Positions 13,504-25,959 of a DNA stretch of 64,000 nucleotides are shown here, in pieces. Location: positions 52,514,001 through 52,578,000 of the forward strand of contig OX597814.1 in the NCBI GenBank assembly GCA_951406725.2. Reading direction: 5' to 3'. Every line of letters starts with the position of its first letter. The first letter of the stretch is position 1. A program made the translations under genes and the position numbers. This stretch comes from Octopus vulgaris. Taxonomy: Eukaryota. Below the pieces are notes generated by a model. The model ran no database searches and had not been told where the DNA came from. It was given only the letters and a program-made list of their open reading frames with translations.

Positions 13504-13904
13504 ATATATATATATTATATGAATATACACACACATGTATACAGATACACATTAACATACACATATATGTACATATATACATGTACATATACATGTGAAC
13601 ATGCATGGCCTAGTGGTTACGGTGTTGCACTCACAATCACAAGATTGTTGTTTCGATTCCTAGACCAGCAGTGTGTTGTGTTTGTGAGCAGAACATTTCA
13701 TTTCACATTGCTCCAGTCTACTCAGTTGAAAATCGGTACCCCTGTGATGGGCTGATGTTCTGTTGAGAGGGAAGTTGGCCTGCCTATCTAGCCATTGGGG
13801 TAGCAATATTTGAAAGCTACATCAATGCAAAGAAGTGCATGAGACCAGGGGTGTATAACACCCAATAGTTGGTCAATACAGTGATATTAATACACACACA
13901 TTTA

Positions 13905-13950
<46 letters not shown>

Positions 13951-14628
13951 TACACACACATGCATACACATACATATATACATATGAAACATATGCATAC
14001 ATGAACATATATACATACACACATATAAACATACATGGATGTATGTGTCTATGTGTATGTTTGTGTATATATACAATCACTGGTAAAGATGTTAGTGACG
14101 TAACACGTAGCATCTTACTCAACACGATTCATGCACTTTAGCTGCCCTGAATTATCAGGCTGATCTTGCTACTATAAATATGATTACACCAATGTCTGCC
14201 CTAATGAAACAGTTCTACGATGAAAGATGCTAAACCAGAACCATCTTGGCTTTCTATAAATGCCTACGAATACATTATCCAACTTGTCCTTCTGTTAATA
14301 AATACGGTAGGATGAGATTTAAGGGCGATTAGGCTGTTATTCTTAGAAATTCGAACGATAACGAAGATTCTTTGCTTAGCTTTTTCAGACAAAATCTCAA
14401 AGTTAAACTATACATCCATTTGATACGAAAAACAATGACAACACTGTATTAAAATACTGGTAAACATAAATGCAATGGTTAGCAATAAGTGATTTCTTAC
14501 ACATATGATTATAAATTCATTGGAAGGATATGGCTGTATGGCAAACACTCCTTTCTTAAGTAACAAAATATGGTGAAATGTACGAAGGAACTAATAATAT
14601 AAGCTTGTGTGTTTATCTTCATCTCTCG

Positions 14629-14630
<2 letters not shown>

Positions 14631-14680
<50 letters not shown>
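14631..14680. repeat. (AT)n microsatellite
   Basis: Direct inspection. Confidence 0.95.
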
Positions 14681-14682
<2 letters not shown>

Positions 14683-15351
14683 TTACGAGTTCAGGGGAAA
14701 AAATCAAGGAAATTTCAATCGACTAGAATATCTTGTTTGGGGAGATTTCGTAAAAATGGGAGTGGAACGGAGGAATTATTATTATTATTATTTTTATTAA
14801 TAAAGAAAATAAGTAAGTTACTGAATATCATAGGTAAACATGTTGTGTATGTGTAAGACATATAGTTAGTATTTTAACGAGAGCAATTTGCTTACTGTGC
14901 AGTCAATGAGTTCCACTAGATTGTAGTCACATTACTTTAGGATTTAGAATTTTCGCCAAGTTATTCCACTTACGACCACACATTATAGTTTTAAAAAAAA
15001 CATCATTGAGTGACAGTGCATCCATTTCAACAGTGTACATAAATGAATGTGCATTTCCCTGTAAATAGCAATATAAAACTCTGAAACTTGAGAATAATAT
15101 AAAATTTAATGGCTAGAATATATATGAGGGTACATACAATTTCGTATAGTTTTTCACTAAGACAGAATTACAGCTAAGTTCACACTTTTATGTTAGCGTA
15201 GAAATAAAGTTCACAAGTCTTCATTTGAGCATAATTATGAATAAATATTAACAGTTTGATCATCAAGGAATAAAACAGTAAAAAAGGAATGACGAGATGT
15301 CGAACTAAAAAAGTGTAAAATGCCTCTCAGCTTTTACCGGAGAGAACTTAC

Positions 15352-15560
15352 CTTAACTCGCAAAATTTATATTAGATCATAATGAGGAGTAAATCAGCCT
15401 TATAATCCATTGGAATAATATGATCCTTAGCTATCGGAAAGGGTATTGGCTTTCCGAAAAAGAATACATTTTGGAAAGAAAAATAACCTTATTTCTTAAA
15501 CCCTAAAGTAAGGGAAATTTTCACTAACCTACCACTTCATGCAAGATGTGAGTTGATTGG
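15352..15560 (-). promoter_or_regulatory. Candidate promoter and first exon of a minus-strand gene running out of the window
   Basis: CpG-enriched 14.2-16.0 kb. Minus-strand consensus donor AAG|GTAAGT at 15352/15351. CCAAT on the minus strand at 15556-15560. No downstream exon identified. Confidence 0.35.
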
Positions 15561-18500
15561 TTGAAATAGTTATGTTCGTCTTTTGTTATGGAACGGTGAT
15601 CAGCCCAAATTTGTTAACGCTTATAAATCTTCTGGAATTAGTTATTTTACGCATTTATATATATAATTTCATAGTTATGGATACTGATATGAAATGATAG
15701 CATATTTTTAATTAGGAATAAAACAGTATGTCCATTGAACTGAAATGTACTTCGTTATAAAACAATATTTGACCTCTGCAGTAGCGAAATATTAGGACCA
15801 GGTTTTAGAGAGAACTGAAACTAAGAAACAAGACACGCCTAGATTTGCCAAAAAATTCAATTACCATTTATGGAATCTGCCTAATATATCTGACCAGTAT
15901 TCTCAAAAATTTCTCCTCTTTTTCTTAAAAAGAAATAATGTATTTCCTTTCAACTCTTCGTATATTTACATTATTTCAAAAGTTATTTCAACTTAATATT
16001 CATTAATTTAATATAGTTATTTATCAAGTATTAACATAGTTCCATCTTTCGACATTTTTCAAGAAAGGAAGGGGAGAAAGTCTGGAAAAAACTAAATAGT
16101 TATAAGAAAACAAAATCCAAAAGAAAATTTATAAGATCTTATAACCCAATTATCCATTGTATTTACATTAAAAACTAGCATGGTAAAATATTGTTTTGTT
16201 TATTTTCTGTCATCACACTAGTTTCTTTAAAAGGTTTTACTGCATACAGATATTAAAAATATAAGAATATATTTGTAATTGAATAGATATGCATTTATAT
16301 ATAATAATAATAATAATCTTTTCTACTATAGTCACAAGGCCTGTAATTTGGTAGGAGGGGCTAGTTGATTACATCAACTCCAGTATTCAAAAAGATAGAA
16401 AGTAAAGTCAACCTTTGAGGGATTTGAACTCAGAGCATAAAATACTTAATTTATTGACCTCTAGAGATGGTGTCTTATCAGGAACAGTTAAAATATTACA
16501 AAAGGCAGTCGATTATTAGAATAATAAAAGGCAAAGAGGAGACTGCTTGATACTAAGGTTGTTAGTTGGAGCTTAATATCAAAACAGAAAAGTGGCCAGG
16601 TTATAAGAACTATCCTGGTACCAGCAATTTTGAGGTAAGAGGATAAGTTATTGAATCTAGTACTTGACTGGTTCTTTATTTTATCAAGTCTGTGTGGGAT
16701 GAAAGGCAAAGTTGACCTTAGTAAGGTTTGAACTCAGAATGTAAAAAGCCAGGACAAACAGCGCAGAGCATTTTTCTGACATTCTGACAAGTTTGTCAGC
16801 TCATTACCAATTGATTGTTATTGTTGTGTATCTTCAGGTTTCAGTCCTGATCAAGCAGTTCTATAGCATGCAAGGAGCCTTTCAAATGACATGATGCAAT
16901 CCACAAATCCATTTTTTCAGTTATATCATGTCTCTACTTAGTCCAGCATGTAATGATGATTATATGGGATGCACCATGATAGTCTGGGCATTTTACATTC
17001 TCTCTACTGCCCAGTCTATTTTTACACGTCCATAGTTTATGGTGCTTGATACACAACGTGTGGGTAAACTGAACTCTGTCAGAGTTCAATAAGTATTTCT
17101 CTATACTTATTGTTGATGGTGTACATCTCAGCATGTGGGGGTGGGGGTGAAGTGGTAGTGGTAGTAGTAATGGTGGAGGCACTGAGGATAATGGTGACAC
17201 TTGTGCTAGTGTTGGTGGTGATTATGATGATAGAGGTATCAATGGTGGTAATTATAATGTTATAGCAGTGGTGGCTGTATTGCTAGTAGCAGTAATGACA
17301 GTGGCAATTTTGGCATTGTCATCAGTGAAATGTGTCAGTGATTTATGACTTTAATTAAACCCTACCTGAAACATTATACCTCAAGTCTTGTCTCCAGAAG
17401 ATTCATCACACTACGATATCCTACCTCAAGAATTATAATCCTGCCAAAGTCTAGTAATATGAACATAATTTTGGTCAATCAGCAACAACAGTAAAAAGTT
17501 AAAAGTGAGCTTCTAAATGGTTGCTCAACCTGATAGAAATAGCAGTGAGGCTTCTTAATTTCCTGAAACTCACCATTTCCCAGAAATTGAGAAATATAAA
17601 CCAAAACTAAAAAAAATGGAGGGTCTGTTCCTCTAAATTTTCCAGTAATAAATCCTAATATTATCTTTAAGCTCTGAAACAAACTTTATTTTGTTTATTA
17701 AAGAGTATACTTAAAAAACATTTTAACAAGTTATTAAAAAAAAAATTTTTAATTTCCTGAATTCTCAAAAGTGTTTCAATTAGATTGAAATTATTGCCTT
17801 TAGAGGCATATATTGTTGAGATGTTGTACTATTTTGTGGCAGAGATCTACCACAGAAAAAAACACTCTGATTTGATGGAAATTAGGGGAATGGTAATGAA
17901 AGTTACGGAACAGTCTTTACAAGTCTAATAACTTCAAGCATTTTCATCTCTTGGACAATGTTATTTTGATTATAAGATGGTTGAATGTTCTCTTGATTGT
18001 TTTAACATTTTTGTTAATTTTTTTTTATGAAGTTGGCATTTCAGTTACCTTGCATTTGGATTCAGAATGGAACATTAGGATTCTTCTGACAAAATGATAA
18101 ACATTCTTCCATGCAGTTTCTTTGTGATATTTTGCAGTTAATTTTCTGAGTCAAGAGTATCCAAAATTGAAAGATTAGAAGAGAATATAGATTTGCCATC
18201 AATAAAATTAGATTTTTAAAATTCCTTTGTTGCTTCATTCTTTTCTTCACACATTGTCTTGGCTAAAGGGACACTTTGTTGATTCAATCCTTGCAGAATA
18301 TAACAAATATGCCTTCTGTAGAAATCAAGATTGAATCCTTTTGATCTAGTTTTTCAAATTCCAGTATTGAGTCCAATTCTGATATAACAGCAAGAACAGC
18401 ATTAAATTCTTTGCCTGAAAAGTCAAGTGGTTGCTTGCTATCAATTCTAACTTTTGCAATAACAGCCTTTAAGGAATGAGAATCATTTTAACACTGTAAA

Positions 18501-20194
18501 TAAACTATTTACTATAAACTATTTGTCTCTGTCCACTTGATTCAAAACTGTAAAGGCAATCATATATAAAATATATACAGTGGATCCTTTGCTAACGAAC
18601 ACTTTTCTGTTAATTTGGCAACAAATATAATCATGTCAATGAACAATTTCCATAAAAATTTCCCAAATTAAAATCTAAGGCAATAAAAAAAAATCATTAG
18701 GGTCCGCCCACACAAATTACATATGCTTGTGTTCAGCTGTAGACATGAAAAGCTTAATGTTGAATCATTTCCCTTTGTTCACACTGTTGTTCATTATGTG
18801 TCAAAATGAAAGTAAACAAAACTCAAAGATTGAAATGACATAAGGAGAATTTGATTCTCTAAAGCAAAGGTTCTAAATGGAGGCCATATGGAGCTTGAAG
18901 GGGCTGTTTTGGAGAAAAGGAGCATTGAGGGGGGAGGCGTTAAGAGACTTGGGAAGGGGCGGCGCTGGAAGACCCTTGTCTTTGGTAAGTTTAATTTCAA
19001 ATTAACAAGTAGTAGCCATATTTTCACATCTCTGAGACAGTTTTAAAAAACCATGCCTTTTTGTTTCAAATTTTCAAAAACTTAAAAAACACTTTTTCCA
19101 CTTTGATGACAAGTAAATTCCTGGTACCATGTGTAACTGGTGTCACTAAAGTGAAATCCCCAAAACAAAAACAAAAACTAAAAACAGATGAATAGTGACA
19201 GATAATTAAGAGAAAAAATAATGAATAAAAGCAAAAAGCTGAATGTGTGTGTGTGTGTTTGAATGCAAATATATAAAGAATGGTGGTTAGAATTTTGGAT
19301 CAAAATGGCTTTTGGGAGTGGATGATAGATATGTATTTGTGTATGTGTGTGTATGTATGGGTACGTTTGTATGTATATGATTGCATGTGTTGCCATTTTG
19401 AATTCCTTTCTGTGATTGAACTTAAATTGACCTATGGCTATTAAAGACCCCACACACACACAGCCGCACACATTTGTTTTAGGCTTTGACTCATTTGAAC
19501 TGTTGCTATACACCAAAAAACATGGTAAGTCTTATGTACTGAAATATAAATTTTGAATTTGTTTTGATTATAAAATTACACCCCAGCTAAAAACATCTTT
19601 TGGCTTTGGAAAACAGAACCTTTTCTTTGTCTTTCTATATTTTTTGTCAAGTTAGAATTTCTCTGTTTTGGTCAGGATTTTCCAATTTCCTGTATCAAGC
19701 AATGGACAGAAGCATTAAAAAAAATTAAATTTATAGAGCCAAACAAAGTCAAAAATATTTATTTTAATCATAATGATGGAGAGGAATAAACATTTTCCCT
19801 TTCCTTAATACTAACAAGAGCATAGTATGAGGGAGATTTGGCTGTTATTTCTAGCAAATTAAACAACCATACAGAGAATACCTCATTGGCTCATTTGTAA
19901 ACAAAAACTAAAGGAAAAACAGACACACACACACATGAATGGGTGGAGTTATGATGTAAGCATGTGCTAAAACCCCTCATAACTTTTGTACTTTTACGAA
20001 TTTTTACAAATTTTTTCGATTCTGTCTTCTGCATAATGAAACTGATATGATTATGCAACAATAACAACAAAAAAAATCTTCCCCACATGTTTTTTAATTC
20101 ATGGATTTAAAATATGGACAGTCTGAATCTACTATTCGTTTTTCTTTATAATTTCCAAATAATTTTTTCAACACTTTTATGGAAGAAATTAACA

Positions 20195-20568
20195 GGCACA
20201 AGAGTGGCTGTATGGTAAGTAGCACCAACTGCATGGCTCTGGGTTCAGTGCCACTGCGTGGCACCTTGGGCAAGTGTCTTCTACTATAGCCTCGAGCCGA
20301 CCAAAGCCTTGTGAACGGATTTGGTAGATGGAAACTGAAAGAAGCCCGTTATGTATATATGTGTGTGTGTGTCTGTGTTTGTCCCCCTACCATCGCTTGA
20401 CAACCAATGTTATTGTGTTCATGTCCCTGTAACTTAGCGGTTCGGCAAAAGACACTGATAGAATAAGTACTAGGCTTACAAATAATAAATCCTGGGGTTG
20501 ATTTGTTTGACTAAAGGTGGTGCTCCAGCATGGCTGCAGTCAAATGACTGAAACAAATAAAAGAAAAA
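20195..20568 (+). mobile_element. Near full-length tRNA-derived SINE (octopus OK/OR-type)
   Basis: A-box-like gtggctgtatggtaa and B-box-like ggttcagtgcc, central (TG)n, A-rich tail. Related copies at ~375-785, 4990-5148, 10058-10205, 10575-10952 and 38930-39225 (all -) and 52935-53060 (+). Confidence 0.8.
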
Positions 20569-20840
20569 TCTTCACGCTTTTTCACATAATCCTTTATATG
20601 TGAAATACCAGTGACATGCTGAATGTCCATCAGCAATATTAGCAGACAGACAGCCATGCAGTGGTACGACATATAGTAGATGAAAGCCTTCTTTTTAAGA
20701 GGAAAAACGAAGTTGGAAGAGTGATGAAGAAGTTTTGAATACTTGTGGTTGTCGTAACCGATACTGTGACAGTTTTTTATGTGTATGTGTATAAAGATAT
20801 AATTAAAACAATACATATACACCCATGTATATGTACATAC

Positions 20841-20875
<35 letters not shown>

Positions 20876-21066
20876 ACGGGAAGGTTTACAAAAATAAACA
20901 AAAGATGAAGGCAGGTGGAGTACAAACAAACAAATGTATTAGTATGGCGCTCAGGAATAGAAATAGAACAAGTCTTTTACGTTTCGAGCCTACGCTCTTC
21001 GACAGAAAGATACACAGAAAAAAAACAAGGAGAGGAAAAAATGCGTGTAGGAGCTAACGATCTATC
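20876..21066 (-). mobile_element. Penelope-like terminal-repeat fragment inserted in a (TA)n tract, carrying a hammerhead motif
   Basis: Flanked by TA repeats. Hammerhead-like fold at 20973-21010. Similar end sequence at ~25875-25950. Confidence 0.6.
20973..21010 (-). ncRNA. Minimal type I hammerhead ribozyme, CUGUCGA core variant
   Basis: UCUUU CUGUCGA A GAGC-GUAG-GCUC GAAAC GUA AAAGA: stem I 5 bp, stem II 4 bp, palindromic ACGU stem III. Confidence 0.65.
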
Positions 21067-22319
21067 ATATATATAAAACAAAGCCTCATGGTGTGAATTT
21101 TCTAAAACTCCTTTGGGGACAAACTGTTTTCACAATGAATTCCAATTTATTTGGAATCTACTTGATCTGAAGTGTATTTGTAGAAAAGAAATATTTGATT
21201 TTCTCAAGGTTATGAAGAAGCAAATCTTTGGGGCACAATTGTGTAATATGCCGAAATATTTATATATATAAACAATGATGTATATAAAACTAACTCTGTA
21301 AAAATGTATGTGTGTGTGTATATATTTGTACATTTCTGTATGCATTTATACATGTATATATATAAGTTTCAGAAGATATTAGAATAGTGGAATAAAAGTC
21401 AGTCATAACACAACATCTTCCAAAAATCTATTTCCTTAATTTTTAACTACTGTTTCTGGCACACATATTTATGCAATTTTGAAGTATTTAAAAAATTATT
21501 TGGAAATTAGAAAGAGAAACGAATGGTAGATTCGGACTTTCTGTATTTTAAAACCATGAATTAAAAAAAAATTTTGTGTGTGTCAAATTTTTTCTCCAGA
21601 AGTTCATGGCTTCATAGGAATAAGCATGGAAAACTGCATCAAGATAAGCAATTTTCAGATTTTTTACTTCCTTTTAAAAAATGCAGATTTTGTGAATGAA
21701 ACAAACTAGATCCTGAATAAGAAATGAATGTTTAATATGACAAATTTTCAGATTTTTTTTTACATCATTTTAGAAGGGGGCTGATTTTGTGACTCAAACT
21801 AACTAGATCCAAATACAGTTCTATTAAATACACTCTATTTCTTGAGCATAAAAAATCCTCTTCTCAGGTGACAATAACTTATATGTTAGATTGTTGCACA
21901 AGTTCTAGCAGTTTTGATAAGGGAAATTGGAAAGGTTTAAATTAATTTCATCAGTATTTACCAAAGAGCATTCTTTCGATAGACAGCATGTTGATCTCAT
22001 AAGTGTCGCTTGGTGGAAATAAATGCCATTACCAAACTTTCAATTTGTTATTTCGTTTTTTGGGGGGTTTTTTTTTTGCATTTCAATTTGTACACCTGTA
22101 CTCCGGACTGCTTACAAGTGCATATGTAAAACGACATCCTTTATTTTTTAATCATTGAGGTCTGTTATTTCTTCTAAGGCAGAATTATTTTCAAGGCAAA
22201 GAAGAGCTTAGATTTTTTTTTCATTAAAAATATGAAAAAAAACAAATTTCTTAAAAAAATGAAAATCAATGTTGTGATTTGTTCTTTTATAAATATATTC
22301 TCCACAAACCCTGCAAATT

Positions 22320-23300
22320 TAGAGCAGAAATAAAGACAGGAATTATTTCTAAGAGAGGAGATGGTGTCAATTTAAATTATCTTAGTCCAGAATATAGCCT
22401 GGCCAAATCTGCAATCAGTACTGTTTTGAGAGAAAAAATATTCAAGATTATTAGTAATCAGTTGCAACCTTAATAATACATGTGCCTTGCATACTGATGA
22501 GGTGGGCAATCACTTACTAACGTTGAGATGAAAGACAAACAATTAGATGGTGTTTCAATGTGTTAAATATGCATTTGTGAAAAAGTTAAGCCTCATTACA
22601 AGCAGTTTGAGAGAGATACTCTGAAAACCAATTCTACTGGTTTTGCCTAATAATGAGGCAAAACCAGTAGAATTGGAAGCCAGCAAGAGTTGGTTCAAAT
22701 CTTGTTGAAAGAGTTCTGGTACTCACAGTGCTGTGAAGTATGGTAAATCTGTTAATTGCATCAAGAGAATTTATATCACACAGGAAAAGACTAGGTTGTC
22801 TGCATACATACTAACCTTACTTTTCTGCACCAATACCTCAAGGGACTTGGAGGTGAAGCCATGCCTAGTGTATAATTCAGAGACTCTCAGTGTCTTCAAG
22901 AACATCAACACAAACAAGCTTTGTGCACAGTGGGTAATTCAAATGTCTGGATTCCCAGGAACTTATTCATATCATGGTTCACTAATATGTTTGCTCCCAC
23001 AGTACATGACTATCTCAAAGAGTAGGGTCTTCAAATTAAGGTTCTTCTTGATATGGACAATACTCTAGCACACCCTGCTAGTTTCATAGACTAAATGTCA
23101 CAGGGATTTGATTTTATCAAAGTCCATTTCCTGTTTTCCAGAATTACTCTTTCCCTACAGTCCATGGATCAGCAAATGGTAACAAATTTTCAAAAGAGTA
23201 CATACAAATCATCTATTCAGGGCTTGTTTTAAAGTGACATCATCTAGTGTTTTGGCATTAAAAATGTTCCAGAGTAATCACTTCACCAATGCAAATAGTA
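22320..23300 (+). mobile_element. Decayed Tigger/pogo transposase
   Basis: HTH-like EYSLAKSAISTVLREK. DDE_1-like LTLLFCTNTSRDLEVKPCLVYNSE, VLLDMDN and MDQQ motifs, with many frameshifts. Confidence 0.8.
22628..22676. repeat. Perfect 21-bp inverted repeat with 7-nt loop
   Basis: ccaattctactggttttgcct aataatg aggcaaaaccagtagaattgg. Confidence 0.9.
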
Positions 23301-24538
23301 TATGTGTAGTTGGGAAATATTGTGTAGAGCTTTCTTTGATGTTTGAACTTTTCCTAGAGAGCATTGTGGTCTAATGTCTCTTCAAAATTGTATGTTAGAC
23401 AATTCTATGAGCTTGGAGGTGAACAAAAAGAACATAAATGACTTGGGTCAGAAGCAGAGATGAAAACTGTCCATCAACTTCAAGGAACATAATCAAAAAG
23501 AGGTTGCATCAATGAAAACTGACTAAACTCTGAGGAAAACAAAAATGAAAAAAATGTATATCACCATAAGAGCTGAAAGATATGTTTGTCCCTAGTGTGA
23601 GTTCATAGAGTAACCTATTTTAGAGGATGTTGAGTCAGGTGTAAACTATTTTTCTGATAGTGTTGCACTACTTTTAGATTGTCCAAGAAGAGGCTGTGGC
23701 AATCTCTTCCAGATAATTTCTTGACAAAAAAAAAAAAAAAATGATTCAGGAATCTTATGCATCAGTTGTTTTCCTTCAGTAACTAACAATCTAAATAATT
23801 CACCGGTAGATGATGTTCTAAAAATTTCAAGGAGATGACTTCTCTTCATTGTCTGTATTATTTCTTTTTCCTCCATTATCCTGCTGCCCTGCAGTTTGGT
23901 TAAACAGTCTGCCAAATCCTTTTTGTTCAGACGAATACATCAAGCCAGATAGACAAACTCTTGATCATTTATTATTCAGATAGATTGACTTCTAATCACT
24001 AGCCATTCAGGCAAACAGGTGAAGTCATATAAATTTTATATTCACCATAAAATGCAATAGACAAATTTGTGAATCATGAATCTCCTGATGAAGAATGTAC
24101 CACTCAAAAGAGATTAGTGATTAGTGACAATGAAATAAGAGTTAGGTGGATTCAGAGGCACAGGACAATTTGAAGAAGAAAATATGAAAGCTGAAAGATC
24201 TTTTAGCCAGACTTCAAAGAAGTGCTCAATGATTTGTACAATGAGAGGTAGGTAGAAAATGAACAAAGTACACAGAAGATAGCTGATAGCTTCAACAGGA
24301 CAACCTACTGCAAACAATAGATCAGTGGGCATGTATTTGAACAACAGAGATGAGTAAGGGTATATTTAATATCCTATAAAATAGATTCTCTTGAATTCTG
24401 GAAAGTATCTCTGCTTCCAGGAATGGTAGAGCAATTGCTTTATGACAATTGGAATCAACTCCAAATAAGAAGGGAAGATAATCTCAAGATTTTCCAAAAC
24501 TAACATGTTCCTCAGGAAAAAAGTCTGATTATTTGGAG

Positions 24539-24581
24539 GTAACAGTCATGTTTCTGCTTTGATAGGCATCATCAGTACTAC
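24539..24581 (-). ncRNA. Degenerate type I hammerhead motif
   Basis: GUAGUA CUGAUGA UGC-CUAUCAAA-GCA GAAAC AU GAC UGUUAC: stem I has 2 G-U pairs, and the expected GUC reads GAC. Confidence 0.55.
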
Positions 24582-25084
24582 AATTGTACTACCTTATTTC
24601 CAACAAAGGGTACATTTAGACATATACAAAATAGAGTAAGAACATATTTATGGCTTACGTAATTCACATAAAATAAACTGAGCTGAAAGAAGTAAGTTAG
24701 AGTGGCTAGTGGCATGTATTTTAAATACATACAAGATAGATTCTTGGTTTATGGAAATTATTTCCTTTATAAGAGATCAATCATATTGTAGAAGTTGGGA
24801 CTAACTTCTAATGAGAAGGATAGATAAGCTCCCAAATCAAGGATTTATGAGCTTATTTGTCCTTCAAGGTATGTCAAGTTTGGAAAATTGTTCACTCTTG
24901 CAGTTCTCCCACTAGAAAGGAGTCAGCAAAAAAAGGAGGTACAAAACCAAACTGCATCTTATTTAAGCTAATTTTTTTCTAATCCAGTTTGTAATAACAT
25001 TTTCTGTGATTATCTATCTGTTTGTCTGTCTATATATATATATAAAATAATGAAGGCAGCTATACACAATATTAAATCAAAAAG

Positions 25085-25133
25085 TCACTACTGATGAACC
25101 TTAATTTTAAGTGAAACTAGACTAATATAGTGA
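25085..25133 (+). ncRNA. Type I hammerhead ribozyme motif, copy 1 of tandem pair
   Basis: UCACUA CUGAUGA ACCUUAAUUUUAAGU GAAAC UAGACUA AUA UAGUGA: stem I 6 bp, intact core, weakened stem III. Confidence 0.62.
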
Positions 25134-25407
25134 TCTTGCTTGCTGTGGAGTGGCTAAATCCCCTGTCAGTGTATGGAACTATGCTTCCTTGCAGCTAAGG
25201 CTTTTAACTTTTATTCCTGGCAATGTAGGAACCACCATGCACCATTTAAATTAACTGAAGTTTTCCTTTTTGGTTTTATATTGCGTCCAGTTGCCCTTGT
25301 TATTTTATAATTTTCACATTACCATTTCACTGAATCAGCCATTGGTTCATATGGTAAATGCTATATACTGATCGTCAGGATTTAGCCAAACCACCCAGCA
25401 ATGGAAA

Positions 25408-25458
25408 ATCACTACTAATGAGTTTCAATTTTAAGCAAAACTAGACCAGTATAGTGAT
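25408..25458 (+). ncRNA. Degenerate type I hammerhead motif, copy 2 of tandem pair
   Basis: AUCACUA CUAAUGA GUUUCAAUUUUAAGC AAAAC UAGACCA GUA UAGUGAU: stem I 7 bp, GUA site, G5A and G12A changes. Confidence 0.55.
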
Positions 25459-25715
25459 CTTGCTTCGTGTGGGGCAGTTATCTTCCCTGTCAGTGTATGG
25501 AACTGTGCTTCCTTGCGATTAAGAGTTTTTAAAACTCTTATTTCTAGCAATGTAAGTGCTGCCCACAATTAGTGACAATTGAATTACATGCACACACATA
25601 AAATATAAGGATAAAATCTGAGATTTTATCGAGTAGCCAGCGTGTAAACCAACTAAGGAAAAAAAAATGAATACAATGCATCAAACTTTTCTTCTTATAT
25701 ATAAAATACATTATA

Positions 25716-25847
25716 ATATCAAGGGCTATTATCGAGCGTAAAAGCCACCGCTTTAATGGGACTCTAAAGCCAAACTAATTCAAGTAGTTTGATTTTAGAA
25801 TCCCATCAAAGCGTGTGACTTTTACGCACAGTTATAGCCCTTGATAT
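25716..25847. repeat. ~130-bp imperfect palindrome (foldback element)
   Basis: Arms atatcaagggctat...caaacta and tagtttg...atagcccttgatat. Confidence 0.85.
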
Positions 25848-25959
25848 AATACACACACGCACATATATATATATAGTTCAAATTTACAGAAAATAAAAGA
25901 CGAAGACAGTTGAGGGAACAATAGGTACGTATATTAGATTAATGTTTGGGAAGAAAACT

